A stretch of DNA of 64,000 nucleotides from Spirochaetia bacterium (GTDB lineage: Bacteria; Spirochaetota; Spirochaetia; SP-2023): assembly GCA_965263295.1 (NCBI GenBank), contig OZ253665.1, positions 800,001-864,000 on the forward strand, in the 5' to 3' direction. The notes beneath the pieces were generated by a model, which ran no database searches, was not told the DNA's origin, and saw nothing but the letters and a program-made list of their open reading frames with translations. Positions 30,638-41,002 of the stretch are shown piece after piece; the stretch's first letter is position 1, and each line of letters begins with the position of its first letter. The translations under genes were made by a program, and so were the position numbers.

Positions 30638-31471
30638 TTAAAAAGTAAAAGCCAAATCTACCCCAAAGCCGACGTGCATGAACAATAAAAGGGTTCCGCT
30701 GCCTCCTGAAAGATCTGCAGGGGCGGACAGACTCAGCAGATCGCTGTGGCCGTTAATACGGAAGTAACTCGGCACAGTCAAAGCATCCTGATATTCGCCT
30801 GAAACAATGACAACGTTAGGGTTGATAACCAGGACGGGGGACAGGGCAATATTGTGGGTAATATTGAGATGATATTTCATGGTAGCCAGGGCGGAACCAT
30901 AAAAATCAAACATATTTGTCGCATCCGTTTGCTCTGCTTCAAGATAAGAACCGGTCAGTAAACCGCCGCCGAATTTGATCTGGATAGCTAGTCCCTGTGC
31001 ATATTGTTGACTGACGTAAAAAGTGAAGCCAAGCATTCCTCCCAGGTTCATAAAGGTATTATCGTCAATGTCTGCAGGTTGAAAGAGTCGGCGAGTCTGC
31101 CCAATTTCGGATGCGTAAAAGGTGGCTCCGAGAACAAGACCAAACATACGGCCTACCAAATGTTCCCACTCCATGTAGAGAAATCCCTGTGACAGACCGA
31201 TGATACTGGTGCTAATCGTATTGCGGTTAACCTCTTCAGGACTAGGGTAATCCAAGGGGTTTGTCTGGCGGTCAAAACTCTGACTTGGGCCCTTGGGTGA
31301 CAGGCCATAATTTGTGTCGTTGCCAAAATCAGAACCGTGATCGGCGCCGGCGCCGGGAATTTCGTCAGGATTCTGTTGCTGCGCATTGAAAGAAGGCGGA
31401 AACGCGAGCAGCAATACTGGCAGCAATATGCCAAACATAAGCAAAGAAGGGCGGAATAGTGTAAAACTCAT
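30638..31471 (-). CDS. Secreted hypothetical protein, probable small outer-membrane beta-barrel
   Basis: GGAG RBS before ATG 31471; signal peptide; alternating beta-strand pattern; ends GFGVDLAFTF (terminal Phe). Confidence 0.6.
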   Translation of the reverse strand: MSFTLFRPSLLMFGILLPVLLLAFPPSFNAQQQNPDEIPGAGADHGSDFGNDTNYGLSPKGPSQSFDRQTNPLDYPSPEEVNRNTISTSIIGLSQGFLYMEWEHLVGRMFGLVLGATFYASEIGQTRRLFQPADIDDNTFMNLGGMLGFTFYVSQQYAQGLAIQIKFGGGLLTGSYLEAEQTDATNMFDFYGSALATMKYHLNITHNIALSPVLVINPNVVIVSGEYQDALTVPSYFRINGHSDLLSLSAPADLSGGSGTLLLFMHVGFGVDLAFTF

Positions 31472-31883
31472 AAAAACTCCAGCAAAAACATTGGCGCTGA
31501 TGATCCACCTCATAGTCATGCGGCCAACAAATGCCACATTATCCAGGATGGCGGGGCGTTGCCAAGCCCCGAAATTGGGTAAAGATACAAACAAAATGTT
31601 TATAATTTAATTCTTTTCTGCGGCCAGACCATAAAGATTGCCGCGGGATCTCATGGCTATGAATTAGCTAGTAATGGCCAAACGGGCTTTGCATTTTGTA
31701 CCAAGATTATTTATTTTCCAAGATTTTATTTCTCAATATTTTATTTCCTATTTCCCAAGACAAATACCCAATTGTGTTTGAATCCATGGACTTTCGTGGA
31801 TTTCCTTGGACTTCCTTTAGAAAAAGCCTGTTCATCAAAATTCTGATGCCGATATAACTATAAAAATGCCGAGATGCACATAG

Positions 31884-32843
31884 GTGATTAGCAAAATCGG
31901 ATTATTCTACAGCAATGGATTGGCGGCCATGGCAGAAAGACAGGCAGCAGAGAAAAACTTGCGCTTGCACAGTTATAATAAGAGCCGCAACCGGGCTAAA
32001 GCCAAGAGCCTACTTTTATATTGTGGCCAAAGTATGCTGTGTTTTCTCATCTTGGGTCATCTGCTTAGCTCAGGCATATTTGAGACCCTCTCATGGCTCT
32101 GGACGCTGCTGTCGCAGCTTGTTACTGCGACTAAGGTTTTAGAGGGTGGGGGCAAGCATTGGGCGCAAAACACGGGCGGAGCTTCCCATTGGCGTGGTTT
32201 TGGAGAACTTCTACTGGGGGCTCCGCTGGGATTTGGACTCAGTCTTCTGCTCGATACGCGCAAAACCCCATTGCGCTCTTGTTTGCCCGTGCCTCTGCTG
32301 CGACAACGCAGCTTGCCCAACGGTACTTTAATTAACATTCCCAACCGCACATTTTTTAGGCAGCCTGATTCTCCACCGCGCGTTTTCCGTGGTCGCCAGC
32401 GCAATTCGCTGTTTTGGTTTTGGCTGGCTTTAGGAATGGGTTTTTTGGTCATCCTCGCTGTCACTGCGCTGTTTTCGCTTGCACTCTATCTATTTCCTCA
32501 GTGGCCAACTTTTCAGAGGGATCAAGTCGATTCAATTCTTGTAACGTATTCCAGTCTGCAGGTTTTTATCGTGCTGGTTGTCGTCCCCGTAATTTTCGAA
32601 GAACTAGTCTTTCGAGGGCGGGGTTTTGCCCTCCTGGCCCGCTCCTGGGGTAGTCGCCATGCCGCTGTCATCAGTAGCCTAATGTTTACATTGGCACATG
32701 CGAGCCCTGTAGAATTCGTTTGCTTGTTACCTCTGGCTTTTTACCTGGGCTGGCTGCGTCATCGCACTGGTTGCCTGGCCTTCACAATGCTGGTTCACTT
32801 GGAAAACAATATCTTTGTCTTCTTAATACAAGTAATTCTTTAA
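31884..32843 (+). CDS. CPBP (CAAX protease family) intramembrane metalloprotease; start uncertain
   Basis: EELVFRG, FTLAH and HLENN motifs. Confidence 0.85.
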   Translation: MISKIGLFYSNGLAAMAERQAAEKNLRLHSYNKSRNRAKAKSLLLYCGQSMLCFLILGHLLSSGIFETLSWLWTLLSQLVTATKVLEGGGKHWAQNTGGASHWRGFGELLLGAPLGFGLSLLLDTRKTPLRSCLPVPLLRQRSLPNGTLINIPNRTFFRQPDSPPRVFRGRQRNSLFWFWLALGMGFLVILAVTALFSLALYLFPQWPTFQRDQVDSILVTYSSLQVFIVLVVVPVIFEELVFRGRGFALLARSWGSRHAAVISSLMFTLAHASPVEFVCLLPLAFYLGWLRHRTGCLAFTMLVHLENNIFVFLIQVIL

Positions 32844-33039
32844 AGGGCCTTTGAAGGCAAGCTATCGGAAAAGGCAAACGATCGGGAAATGATTCATCAA
32901 TGACAATAAAAAGATAATGAACTTGCAAATTTTTTTATAAAACAGTAGCCTAGTCCACAATCTATTCCAATATCTAGCATTGTCAGAACTGTGTACTAAA
33001 TTACAGCAGTGGGCGGCTTAACATTGAGAGGTCTTTAAT

Positions 33040-34209
33040 ATGAAAAAACTTAGCTATTTTACACTGGCAATTTTGGCGTTGTTTGCAGCCTTAATACTAT
33101 TCAACTGCGCTGGAGAGAAAGAAGTTAAAATTGGCTTTATTGGTCCTATGACAGGCGATTATGCCAATTATGGTCAATTGCAAAGCAAGAGTGCGCAACT
33201 CGCTGTTGAGAACTTTAATACAAAAGAGGGCGGCATTGCCGGCAAGCCTGTCAAACTAATTATTGAAGACACCCAGGGCAAGGTAGAAAAGGGCAGTGCC
33301 GCAGCGCAAAAGCTGATTAATGTCGATAAGATCAACGGTTTGGTCGGCCCTGTATTTTCTAGCGTAGCCTTGGCCGTTGCCCAGGACTTTCAAAATGCAA
33401 AAGTTCCCGTAATTGCCGCCTCGGCTACGGCGGTAGAATTCACCGAAAAGGGCGACTACATTTTTCGTACTGTGCCCAGTGACTCTCTACAGTCGAGTGT
33501 CCTAGGCCCTTATATCGCTCAGGAACTGGGCTTTACCGAGATCGCTATCCTATACACCAAAAATGATTACAGCCAGTCACTTGCCGAAAGCGTAACCCAG
33601 AGCTTCCAGCGCTTTGGAGGCGAGGTCTTACTGTCTTTAGGGGCTCCTGAAGGAACCAAAGACTTCCGGACTCAACTGACACAGATTAAAGATACTGCGC
33701 CACAGGCGATCTTTTTGCCCAACTTTATTGCTGAATGTGCCCAAATCATCAAGCAACTCAACGAGATGGGTTCGGAAATTCCTATCATTAGTGCCGATGG
33801 GTTTAATAATAATGAGATTTTCAACTTAGTTGGAGACTTGGCTAATGGCGTGATCTTTTCGGCAAGCCCCAGTAGTTCCTCAGCAGAAGCGTTGGCATTC
33901 AAAGAGAGCTATAACGAAAAGTTTGGCGTCGGCCCGGATGATTTTTCCGCTAACATTTATGATGGTACGACGATCTTGCTGCAAGCTCTGAAAGCGAGTT
34001 ATGACGAGCAAAGTCACAGTGTCGATACCGAAACTTTGCGCCAGGCTATTCAAGATACCAAGGGCTTTCCTGGTGTATCGGGCAATATTGAGTTTGCCAG
34101 CAATGGTGACGTCAAAAAGGGTATTGCGATGATGGTCGCTGTTGGCGGTAGTTTCCAGACCTTGGGGGTCTACACTGTCGATAGCGGTCAGCTGCAGCAG
34201 TTGAAGTAG
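33040..34209 (+). CDS. livK: Branched-chain amino acid ABC transporter binding lipoprotein
   Basis: Lipobox FNC; KIGFIGPMTG, YIFRTVPSD, DFRTQLTQIK, GVSGNIEF. Confidence 0.88.
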   Translation: MKKLSYFTLAILALFAALILFNCAGEKEVKIGFIGPMTGDYANYGQLQSKSAQLAVENFNTKEGGIAGKPVKLIIEDTQGKVEKGSAAAQKLINVDKINGLVGPVFSSVALAVAQDFQNAKVPVIAASATAVEFTEKGDYIFRTVPSDSLQSSVLGPYIAQELGFTEIAILYTKNDYSQSLAESVTQSFQRFGGEVLLSLGAPEGTKDFRTQLTQIKDTAPQAIFLPNFIAECAQIIKQLNEMGSEIPIISADGFNNNEIFNLVGDLANGVIFSASPSSSSAEALAFKESYNEKFGVGPDDFSANIYDGTTILLQALKASYDEQSHSVDTETLRQAIQDTKGFPGVSGNIEFASNGDVKKGIAMMVAVGGSFQTLGVYTVDSGQLQQLK

Positions 34210-34233
34210 GTGTCCTAAATACCAGCCTGTCGT

Positions 34234-34266
34234 AGAAGAGCATTGCCAGGCAATGCTCTTCTTTTT
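34234..34266 (+). terminator. Stem-loop after livK (terminator or mRNA stabiliser)
   Basis: AGAAGAGCATTGCC-A-GGCAATGCTCTTCT followed by Ts. Confidence 0.7.
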
Positions 34267-34319
34267 CTCAGCACATCAAAATTTAGAAAGATTTAGATTT
34301 CAAGAAGGACCGTCTCATC

Positions 34320-35237
34320 ATGCTCTTGCTCCAGTATACGGTAAACGGCCTGTCTATCGGTGCCATTTATGCCCTCATCGCCTTGGGCTATAGTATTGTG
34401 TATGGGATTTTGCAGTTTATCAATTTTGCCCACGGTGGCATCATGATGATTGGGACCTATATTGGATTAGAAGTTTATATGCAGTTCTTGCCATTGGCTG
34501 CAGGCGCTGTGCACCTACAAATTCTATTTTGCCTGATCGCCATTATTATTGCCATGTGCAGCAGTGCCATGCTCGGTTATCTAATTGAGCTTTTGGCCTA
34601 TCGGCCCCTGCGCAACTCACCGCGTTTAGCGCCGCTGCTTTCTGCGGTGGGGATGTCCATCTTACTTGAGAACACGGCCGCTTTGATCTGGGGGACACGC
34701 AACCGCAGCTTTCCAACTCCGTACCCGAATAAACCTCTGCCTTTACTGCACAGCGATGGCAAAGACTTGATCATTTCGACTCACGATCTGGTGGTATTAT
34801 GCATTGCCATTGTCGTGCTGGCAATTACCGACTACGCCACACAGAAAACTCGTTGGGGTAAAAGCTTGCGGGCTACCAGCATGGATTCTCAAGCGGCTTC
34901 CCTTATGGGCATTCCGGTTAATCGGGTAATTTCTTCGGCCTTTATTTTAGGTAGTCTGTTAGCCGCTCTGGCGGGAAGCCTGGCCGCTATGTCCTTTACC
35001 GTTTATCCCACGATGGGAAGTTTGTGGGGGCTGAAGGCCTTTATTGCGGCCGTATTGGGGGGGATTGGCAGTTTGCCAGGAGCCATGTTGGGGGGGCTTT
35101 TGTTGGGGCTACTGGACTCTTTGGGACAGGCCTTTCTCGGCGGTTATAAAGATGTGCTGGCATTTGGCATTTTGCTACTGGTGCTGATCTTTAAGCCTAG
35201 CGGATTGCTGGGGCAGAATATTCGCGAAAAAATCTGA
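34320..35237 (+). CDS. livH: Branched-chain amino acid ABC permease
   Basis: NGLSIGAIYALIALGY, INFAHG, KAFIAAVLGGIG. Confidence 0.93.
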   Translation: MLLLQYTVNGLSIGAIYALIALGYSIVYGILQFINFAHGGIMMIGTYIGLEVYMQFLPLAAGAVHLQILFCLIAIIIAMCSSAMLGYLIELLAYRPLRNSPRLAPLLSAVGMSILLENTAALIWGTRNRSFPTPYPNKPLPLLHSDGKDLIISTHDLVVLCIAIVVLAITDYATQKTRWGKSLRATSMDSQAASLMGIPVNRVISSAFILGSLLAALAGSLAAMSFTVYPTMGSLWGLKAFIAAVLGGIGSLPGAMLGGLLLGLLDSLGQAFLGGYKDVLAFGILLLVLIFKPSGLLGQNIREKI

Positions 35238-35255
35238 CTTGGACGGGGCATAAAT

Positions 35256-36185
35256 ATGTACTACTACTTGCTCTTAGTATTCACTTCCATTGCTATTTAT
35301 TTCATTTTAAGTGTAAGTTTAAATTTGATTGTAGGCTTTACAGGACAACTCTCTTTGGGGCATGCGGCCTTTTTGGCCATTGGTGCTTACGGCGTGGGAA
35401 TATTTACTAAATTTCTGTTTCATTTCCCATTCTGGCCTTGCTGGCTGCTCTCGGCTTTGCTGGCTGCCGCAGTGGCCTTTTTGATGGGTATCCCTATCCT
35501 GCGGCTAAAAGGTGACTACCTGGCCATAGGCACCCTGGGGCTAGGAGAGGTTGTTCGTACCGTTATCCAAAATTGGGACTCTGTGACTCGTGGCCCCATG
35601 GGTATTGCCGGTATCCAGGGGCCGCAACTGTTGTTCAGCGGCGCTTACCTGCGCGACAACATGCTACTCTATACTCTATTTAGCTGGTCGATAGCCATTT
35701 TAATCTACCTGTTTTGTCGGCACCTGGTACGTACCCGACTGGGGCGGGCTATGGAAGCCGTCCGTGAGGATGAGATCGCCGCCAGTTCTGTCGGGATTAA
35801 CCCAATGTATTATAAACTTCTCGCTTTTTCACTTTCTGGTTTTTTTGCCGCCTTGGCTGGAGGTCTCTGGGCCGCACGCTTTGGTACGATCACTGAAAGC
35901 TTGAGTAACTTTGACTACTCCGTACTATTCCTTTCTATGGTTGTCCTGGGAGGCATGGGAAATCTGGGGGGCTCTTTGCTCGGAGCAGTCGTCATTGCTT
36001 TGCTCGATTTTGCTCCACAGATATTTGGTTTGACGAATTTTATCCCTCCAGAAGCCAACCGGATTTTATACGGTTTCTTATTGGTTGTCATGATGATTTA
36101 CCGACCACAGGGTTTTCTTGGCCGCTCCAAGCCAAAGTTTTTGTATGAGCACAGCCCGGCCAAGTCAGGGCAAGGGGAGCAATAA
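35256..36185 (+). CDS. livM: Branched-chain amino acid ABC permease
   Basis: GFTGQLSLGHAAF, LRLKGDYLAI, AVREDEIAA, RPQG. Confidence 0.93.
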   Translation: MYYYLLLVFTSIAIYFILSVSLNLIVGFTGQLSLGHAAFLAIGAYGVGIFTKFLFHFPFWPCWLLSALLAAAVAFLMGIPILRLKGDYLAIGTLGLGEVVRTVIQNWDSVTRGPMGIAGIQGPQLLFSGAYLRDNMLLYTLFSWSIAILIYLFCRHLVRTRLGRAMEAVREDEIAASSVGINPMYYKLLAFSLSGFFAALAGGLWAARFGTITESLSNFDYSVLFLSMVVLGGMGNLGGSLLGAVVIALLDFAPQIFGLTNFIPPEANRILYGFLLVVMMIYRPQGFLGRSKPKFLYEHSPAKSGQGEQ

Positions 36186-37030
36186 TGCATACGACAGGCC
36201 CCGACACCGGCTCTGAAGTGCGGCCTGATTCCGGGGTGCTGCTTCAATGTAGAGATATTTCGCGCCATTATGGCGGCGTCAAAGCACTGCGAAATATTAA
36301 TTTGGAAGTACAACGCGGCGAGATCATGGGGTTAATTGGTCCCAACGGCGCGGGTAAGACGACTTTGTTCAACCTGATCACCGGTATGGATGAGCAGAAT
36401 AGCGGCAGTATTCAATTTTGCACAACGGATCATAAACGACACAGTTTACACGCTCTGCCCCCGCATGCCATTTCTCGTTTGGGTTTGGCACGCACATTTC
36501 AAAACATTCGATTGTTTCGAGATTTAACGGTTCTGGAAAATGTAATGTTGGGGGCCCATTACTTGGCGAGTGAAGCGGGGAAAAACCGTTTTTTGTACGC
36601 GCTGCGCTCCCTGTTGCAGCGCCAGAAAATGGAGCACGAGTTGGTCCGCAATTGCATCAATTGCTTGGAATTTTTTCAGTTAGATCGTTTTAAGGAAGAT
36701 TTGGCCGGGAGTCTACCGTATGGCAAACAAAAAGAGCTGGAGATTGCCCGAGCCCTGGCTAGTCGCCCACAGCTGCTTTTCCTTGACGAGCCCGCAGCGG
36801 GCATGAACCCTAGCGAGACTAAGGAGCTGACTCGCAATATTAAACTTATTCACGAGTTGGGTGTCGCTGTCGTATTAATTGAGCATGACATGCAATTAGT
36901 CATGCAGATTTGTCAACGCATTGCCGTGCTGCATCAGGGACAGAAGATTGCCGATGCTAAGCCAGAAGAGGTCCGCAGTAGCCCCGCAGTCATTGAGGCC
37001 TATTTGGGAAAGGCATACAGCCATGCTTAA
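36185..37030 (+). CDS. livG: Branched-chain amino acid ABC ATPase
   Basis: GPNGAGKTT, RTFQNIRLF, LPYG, LDEPAAG, IEHDM, VIEAYLG. Confidence 0.93.
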   Translation: MHTTGPDTGSEVRPDSGVLLQCRDISRHYGGVKALRNINLEVQRGEIMGLIGPNGAGKTTLFNLITGMDEQNSGSIQFCTTDHKRHSLHALPPHAISRLGLARTFQNIRLFRDLTVLENVMLGAHYLASEAGKNRFLYALRSLLQRQKMEHELVRNCINCLEFFQLDRFKEDLAGSLPYGKQKELEIARALASRPQLLFLDEPAAGMNPSETKELTRNIKLIHELGVAVVLIEHDMQLVMQICQRIAVLHQGQKIADAKPEEVRSSPAVIEAYLGKAYSHA

Positions 37031-37754
37031 GATCGAAAATCTCAATGTATTTTACTCATCCATTCAGGCTCTGCATCGGGTGAGCCTGGAAGTGCAGGCT
37101 GGGAAAATTATCAGTTTGATTGGAGCTAATGGTGCGGGCAAGAGCACTTTATTAAATTGCATCGCCGGGTTATTGCGGCCGAAAAGTGGCCAGGTCAGCT
37201 GGATGAGCCGCAAGATCCATCAAAGCCAAAACAATCAGGTCAAGAGCCTAGAGCCTCACAATGTAGTCGGTCTGGGGCTGGCTCTGGTACCGGAAGGGCG
37301 AAGGATATTTGCCAATCTGAGTGTGCAGGAAAACCTGGAAATGGGGGGCTACACACTGCGTAACAAAAAGTTGTTGCAACAACGAATGGAGAATAAGTAC
37401 GAACTGTTCCCCCGCTTGGCCGAGCGCAGCAAGCAACGAGCCGGTTCACTCTCAGGTGGGGAGCAGCAAATGTTGTGCATCGCCCGCGCTCTGATGACTG
37501 AACCCCAGCTCCTGCTGCTGGATGAACCGAGCCTCGGCTTGGCGCCCTTGATTGTGGAAAATATCATTGAGACAATTGTGAATATTAATCGTAAAGATGG
37601 CATCACAGTCCTTTTGGTCGAACAAAATGCCCGCCTGGCCTTGCAGAATTCACAATATGCCTACGTATTGGAGAATGGTCGCATTGGCCTGCAAGGCCAG
37701 GCGACAAAGCTACTGGAGGATCCGCGCGTGATTCAGGCTTATCTTGGCGCTTGA
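37023..37754 (+). CDS. livF: Branched-chain amino acid ABC ATPase
   Basis: GANGAGKST, VPEGRRIF, LSGGEQQM, LDEPSLGLAP, VEQNA; start at ATG 37023. Confidence 0.93.
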   Translation: MLKIENLNVFYSSIQALHRVSLEVQAGKIISLIGANGAGKSTLLNCIAGLLRPKSGQVSWMSRKIHQSQNNQVKSLEPHNVVGLGLALVPEGRRIFANLSVQENLEMGGYTLRNKKLLQQRMENKYELFPRLAERSKQRAGSLSGGEQQMLCIARALMTEPQLLLLDEPSLGLAPLIVENIIETIVNINRKDGITVLLVEQNARLALQNSQYAYVLENGRIGLQGQATKLLEDPRVIQAYLGA

Positions 37755-37833
37755 GGCGTTTGGGATTTCCGCTACTTTTGTAAAACCTGTCTTTGATTCT
37801 TCGTGTGGCGAATCTACGGCCAATCACGAGTCT

Positions 37834-39084
37834 CTAGCATTCTGTCAATATTGGGAAACGGGCAAAAAGTTCGCCCTCAATTTCCCGGCAGCGCTCTTGC
37901 GGCAACTGATTCAGGTCTATGATGGCATTCAGCACAGCTATTTTTTGAGGGGAATTGAGCAAATGGCGCAATAAACGGCCATAACGCGGAATGCGAAAGA
38001 GCAAAGCCAATTCTATGTCGCTGACTTGATTACTGATGCGCCGCAATATTTGCCGCTGTTGCGCCGAGCCCCGCTCGCGCTCCAGCCAGGTGGCCAATTC
38101 ACGGTCATCACGCATGACACTTCGCAACAATTGCTCTTCTTGTTCCGGTAAAAGGCTGTCTATAATATTGCTTAGGACCCTTGTTCCGCTGATTTCGGGA
38201 TAGCTTTCTTCAACTTCAATGCCATAAAAGTGCTGCCTTTGCTCAAGTTTGCGGCTCAGCCAGTGAAAAGCTCGCAAGGAAGCATCATCGTCTAGCTTTT
38301 GTTTGCTACGGGCGAGGGAGCGCAATAATTCGGTCCGCTTCTGGCGTGGCATTTGCTGCAGGATACGCGAGCGTTCCCGCCGGCTGGCATTCTTCAACAA
38401 CAAGGCCTGGAGTGTAGCATTTGATTCGTCCAGCAAGTATTGAATCTCGTTGTTATCCAGTTCCGAGACAAATTTCTGATAGGGGTTCTGATAATGTTGG
38501 GAGCTTGCTTGCCAGTTTGCCGGCTTTTGCGGGGCAGCCTTTGCTTGGGAGCCTGCCGCCACCTGCGGAGCTTGGTGGATTTCATTGTCCTTGGCAGCGA
38601 CGGGTGCGCGATTTAATGGTGCAGCTGTTACTTTTGTAATGGGAACCTGGCGCGGAGTAAGTGGCTCAGTTGTGCCGTACTGCGCGGACTGCCGTGCTTG
38701 ATCGGCTTTAGCTTGTACCGGCGCCTTTTGCTCTTCCATTTGCAAGGCTTGTGCCTGGTCTTGCACTTGGGGAGCCCCAGATAGGGAATCTTCCCCCAAT
38801 TCGCGGGCAAAAAAATGGTCGAGGGCATGAAGCCCATTTTGTTCACTTTTTTGCTCAATTTCTGGCTCAACTTGATGTTCGTGTGTGAAACCAAATTTCA
38901 CAGATTGCGCACGGGCATCATCGTCATTTGGGACTGGATCTTTTCGCTCTTGCTGGCGTTGATACTGCTGCAGCCCTCGCAGGCGCTGGAATAGACTAGG
39001 CTTGCGCGTTACCGGCTCATCTACAGACGCAACGGCCGGCTTCGTCGGCGCGGGAATTTGAGTATTTTTCTGTGTATCGGGCAT
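37834..39084 (-). CDS. Divergent FliG-like protein with low-complexity N-terminal half
   Basis: C-terminal half aligns by eye with FliG middle and C domains (ISGTRVLSNIIDSL..EQEEQLLRSVMRDDRELA resembles GG....ILN......E..I...L...DPELA). Confidence 0.55.
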   Translation of the reverse strand: MPDTQKNTQIPAPTKPAVASVDEPVTRKPSLFQRLRGLQQYQRQQERKDPVPNDDDARAQSVKFGFTHEHQVEPEIEQKSEQNGLHALDHFFARELGEDSLSGAPQVQDQAQALQMEEQKAPVQAKADQARQSAQYGTTEPLTPRQVPITKVTAAPLNRAPVAAKDNEIHQAPQVAAGSQAKAAPQKPANWQASSQHYQNPYQKFVSELDNNEIQYLLDESNATLQALLLKNASRRERSRILQQMPRQKRTELLRSLARSKQKLDDDASLRAFHWLSRKLEQRQHFYGIEVEESYPEISGTRVLSNIIDSLLPEQEEQLLRSVMRDDRELATWLERERGSAQQRQILRRISNQVSDIELALLFRIPRYGRLLRHLLNSPQKIAVLNAIIDLNQLPQERCREIEGELFARFPILTEC

Positions 39085-39340
39085 TAATGGCAAGATCGCA
39101 CGAAATAGGGCGAAGAAAGGCGAATTTAAAGGAATATAGAGTTATGAAGGCGACAGGCAAAAATCCTGTGCCGCACTCCCGCACTTATTATCGGTTAGTC
39201 TAAAGCTGGACTGACCGGGAAATTTGTGTTTTAGTAATAGTATAAACCTTTATAATTTAATCTTTGCACAATTACTAAGGTTTTGAGAAACGAAAAGTAT
39301 TTTAAAAATATTGCTGCCAATCCTTCATAAGTAATGTGAT

Positions 39341-40417
39341 TTAATGTCTTGTCGAACTGGCCCGCGGGATAAAATGGCAGCTCAGCTTTTGCTTACAAGG
39401 AGAAAGAAAATGCAATAGTGGACGAGTAGATTGTTTAGCTGTTGTTCTAGCCTGACTGAAAGGCTGTCCTGACAATTTGTCCAACAAGCGTGCCAGAGCT
39501 AAAATGCCGATTTCCTGCTTGGGGACTTCCACTGAACTGAGTGGCGGCAAAAAAAGTGGGCTGGCGGGCAAATTGTCGAAACCAACTACGGCGACATCCT
39601 GAGGGATTTGGTAATTAAGGGCGCTTAAAGCCTTAATACAGTTGTATGCAATAAAATCATTAGCACAGATGAGAGCCTCTGGCGGCGGATTCTTCGACAG
39701 AGATTTTTGCATTTCCAAGGCATCCGGATCGTCATAGGGCTCAATGCTGTAACGGCACTTTAAGTCTAGTCCCAATTTATCGCAAGCCATTTCAACGGCT
39801 AGCTCGCGCATATAGAAATTGGGAGTGTTTTGTTTGCTGCCAACAAAGGAAATGGTTTGGCAGCCTTGGCTGGCCAAGTGCTTAACCACTTCAAACAAAA
39901 CATCGGTGTTGTTCATATCGATAAAATCAAAAGGTAGCTCATCGTAAATAGCATCAATAAAGACAGCGGGAGCAGCTAGTTTCTCATTCAGAACCTCAAC
40001 TTCCTTTGCTTCAAGTTCAGTTGCAAGGATGATGTAACCTTGAGGCTTGGTTTGAAGGGGCATTTTTGAAGAGGGAGGGTTTGCAAAGCACGTCAATTTA
40101 TCACAATAAATTGTTTTTATTTCCAACTTAACGTTAGATTCCATTGCATATTGCATCATGCCCATGATGTAACTGTCGATGAAGCTTTGGTGATGGGCAC
40201 CCAATATATGTCCGTGTTTAATTACTTGTAAGACAGTCACGGTTATAGAATAATTTGCCTTAGGCTGTTGCAATCCTTTGTGATAGCCCAAAACAAAGGC
40301 TTGGTTGCGAATTTTCTCGGCCAGTTGCGGGTTAACACCCTTTTTGTGATTCAAAGCGAGCGAGACAGTCGCCGCAGAGACTCCAAGTTTCTGGGCGAGT
40401 TCGCGAATGTTTAGCAT
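39341..40417 (-). CDS. LacI-family transcriptional regulator, divergent from the ribose operon
   Basis: IRELAQKLGVSAATVSLALN helix-turn-helix; IPQDVAVVGFDN; PPLSSV. Confidence 0.9.
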   Translation of the reverse strand: MLNIRELAQKLGVSAATVSLALNHKKGVNPQLAEKIRNQAFVLGYHKGLQQPKANYSITVTVLQVIKHGHILGAHHQSFIDSYIMGMMQYAMESNVKLEIKTIYCDKLTCFANPPSSKMPLQTKPQGYIILATELEAKEVEVLNEKLAAPAVFIDAIYDELPFDFIDMNNTDVLFEVVKHLASQGCQTISFVGSKQNTPNFYMRELAVEMACDKLGLDLKCRYSIEPYDDPDALEMQKSLSKNPPPEALICANDFIAYNCIKALSALNYQIPQDVAVVGFDNLPASPLFLPPLSSVEVPKQEIGILALARLLDKLSGQPFSQARTTAKQSTRPLLHFLSPCKQKLSCHFIPRASSTRH

Positions 40418-40594
40418 GTGTTTAAGTATAATTGGATTTGCCAAAGATTCAATTAAAAACTGTTTTAACTAGTTAATAGAGTAAATAGGATACTTTGGTT
40501 TATGTAAAAATCAATGTTGTTTATTTCGAGCGATTATTTTCTTGCTTTTTCCGTAAACTGGGGTTTAAAATATATTAATCAAGAGGGAATTGGA

Positions 40595-41002
40595 ATGAAA
40601 AAGACGCGATTATTACATCCAGAATTAAGCTATGTAATTAGCTCTTTAGGCCATGGGGATAAAATCGTCATTGCTGATGCCGGCTTGCCTGTCCCGAAGC
40701 CAGTAGACCGGATTGACTTGGCGTTGAGCCAGGGGATACCTTCGTTTATGTCGGTACTTGAAGCTGTATTGAGTGAAATGCACGTAGAGTCGGCAACTCT
40801 GGCGGATGAGCTAAAACTTAACGTAGATGTTTATAATATGATTGTGGAAAAGCTCGCGGCGGCTCAAAGTCAGGCTATTCAAGTGCACAGCTGTAAACAT
40901 GAGCAGTTCAAAAAACTGACTGAAGGCGCCATATGTATCATTCGCACGGGTGAGTTTACGGCATATTCTAATGTTATTCTTTCAGCTGGAGTCGTATTCT
41001 GA
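40595..41002 (+). CDS. rbsD: D-ribose pyranase
   Basis: MKK..LLHPELS, GHGD...IADAGLP, HEQFK, IRTGEFTAYSNVIL. Confidence 0.95.
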   Translation: MKKTRLLHPELSYVISSLGHGDKIVIADAGLPVPKPVDRIDLALSQGIPSFMSVLEAVLSEMHVESATLADELKLNVDVYNMIVEKLAAAQSQAIQVHSCKHEQFKKLTEGAICIIRTGEFTAYSNVILSAGVVF

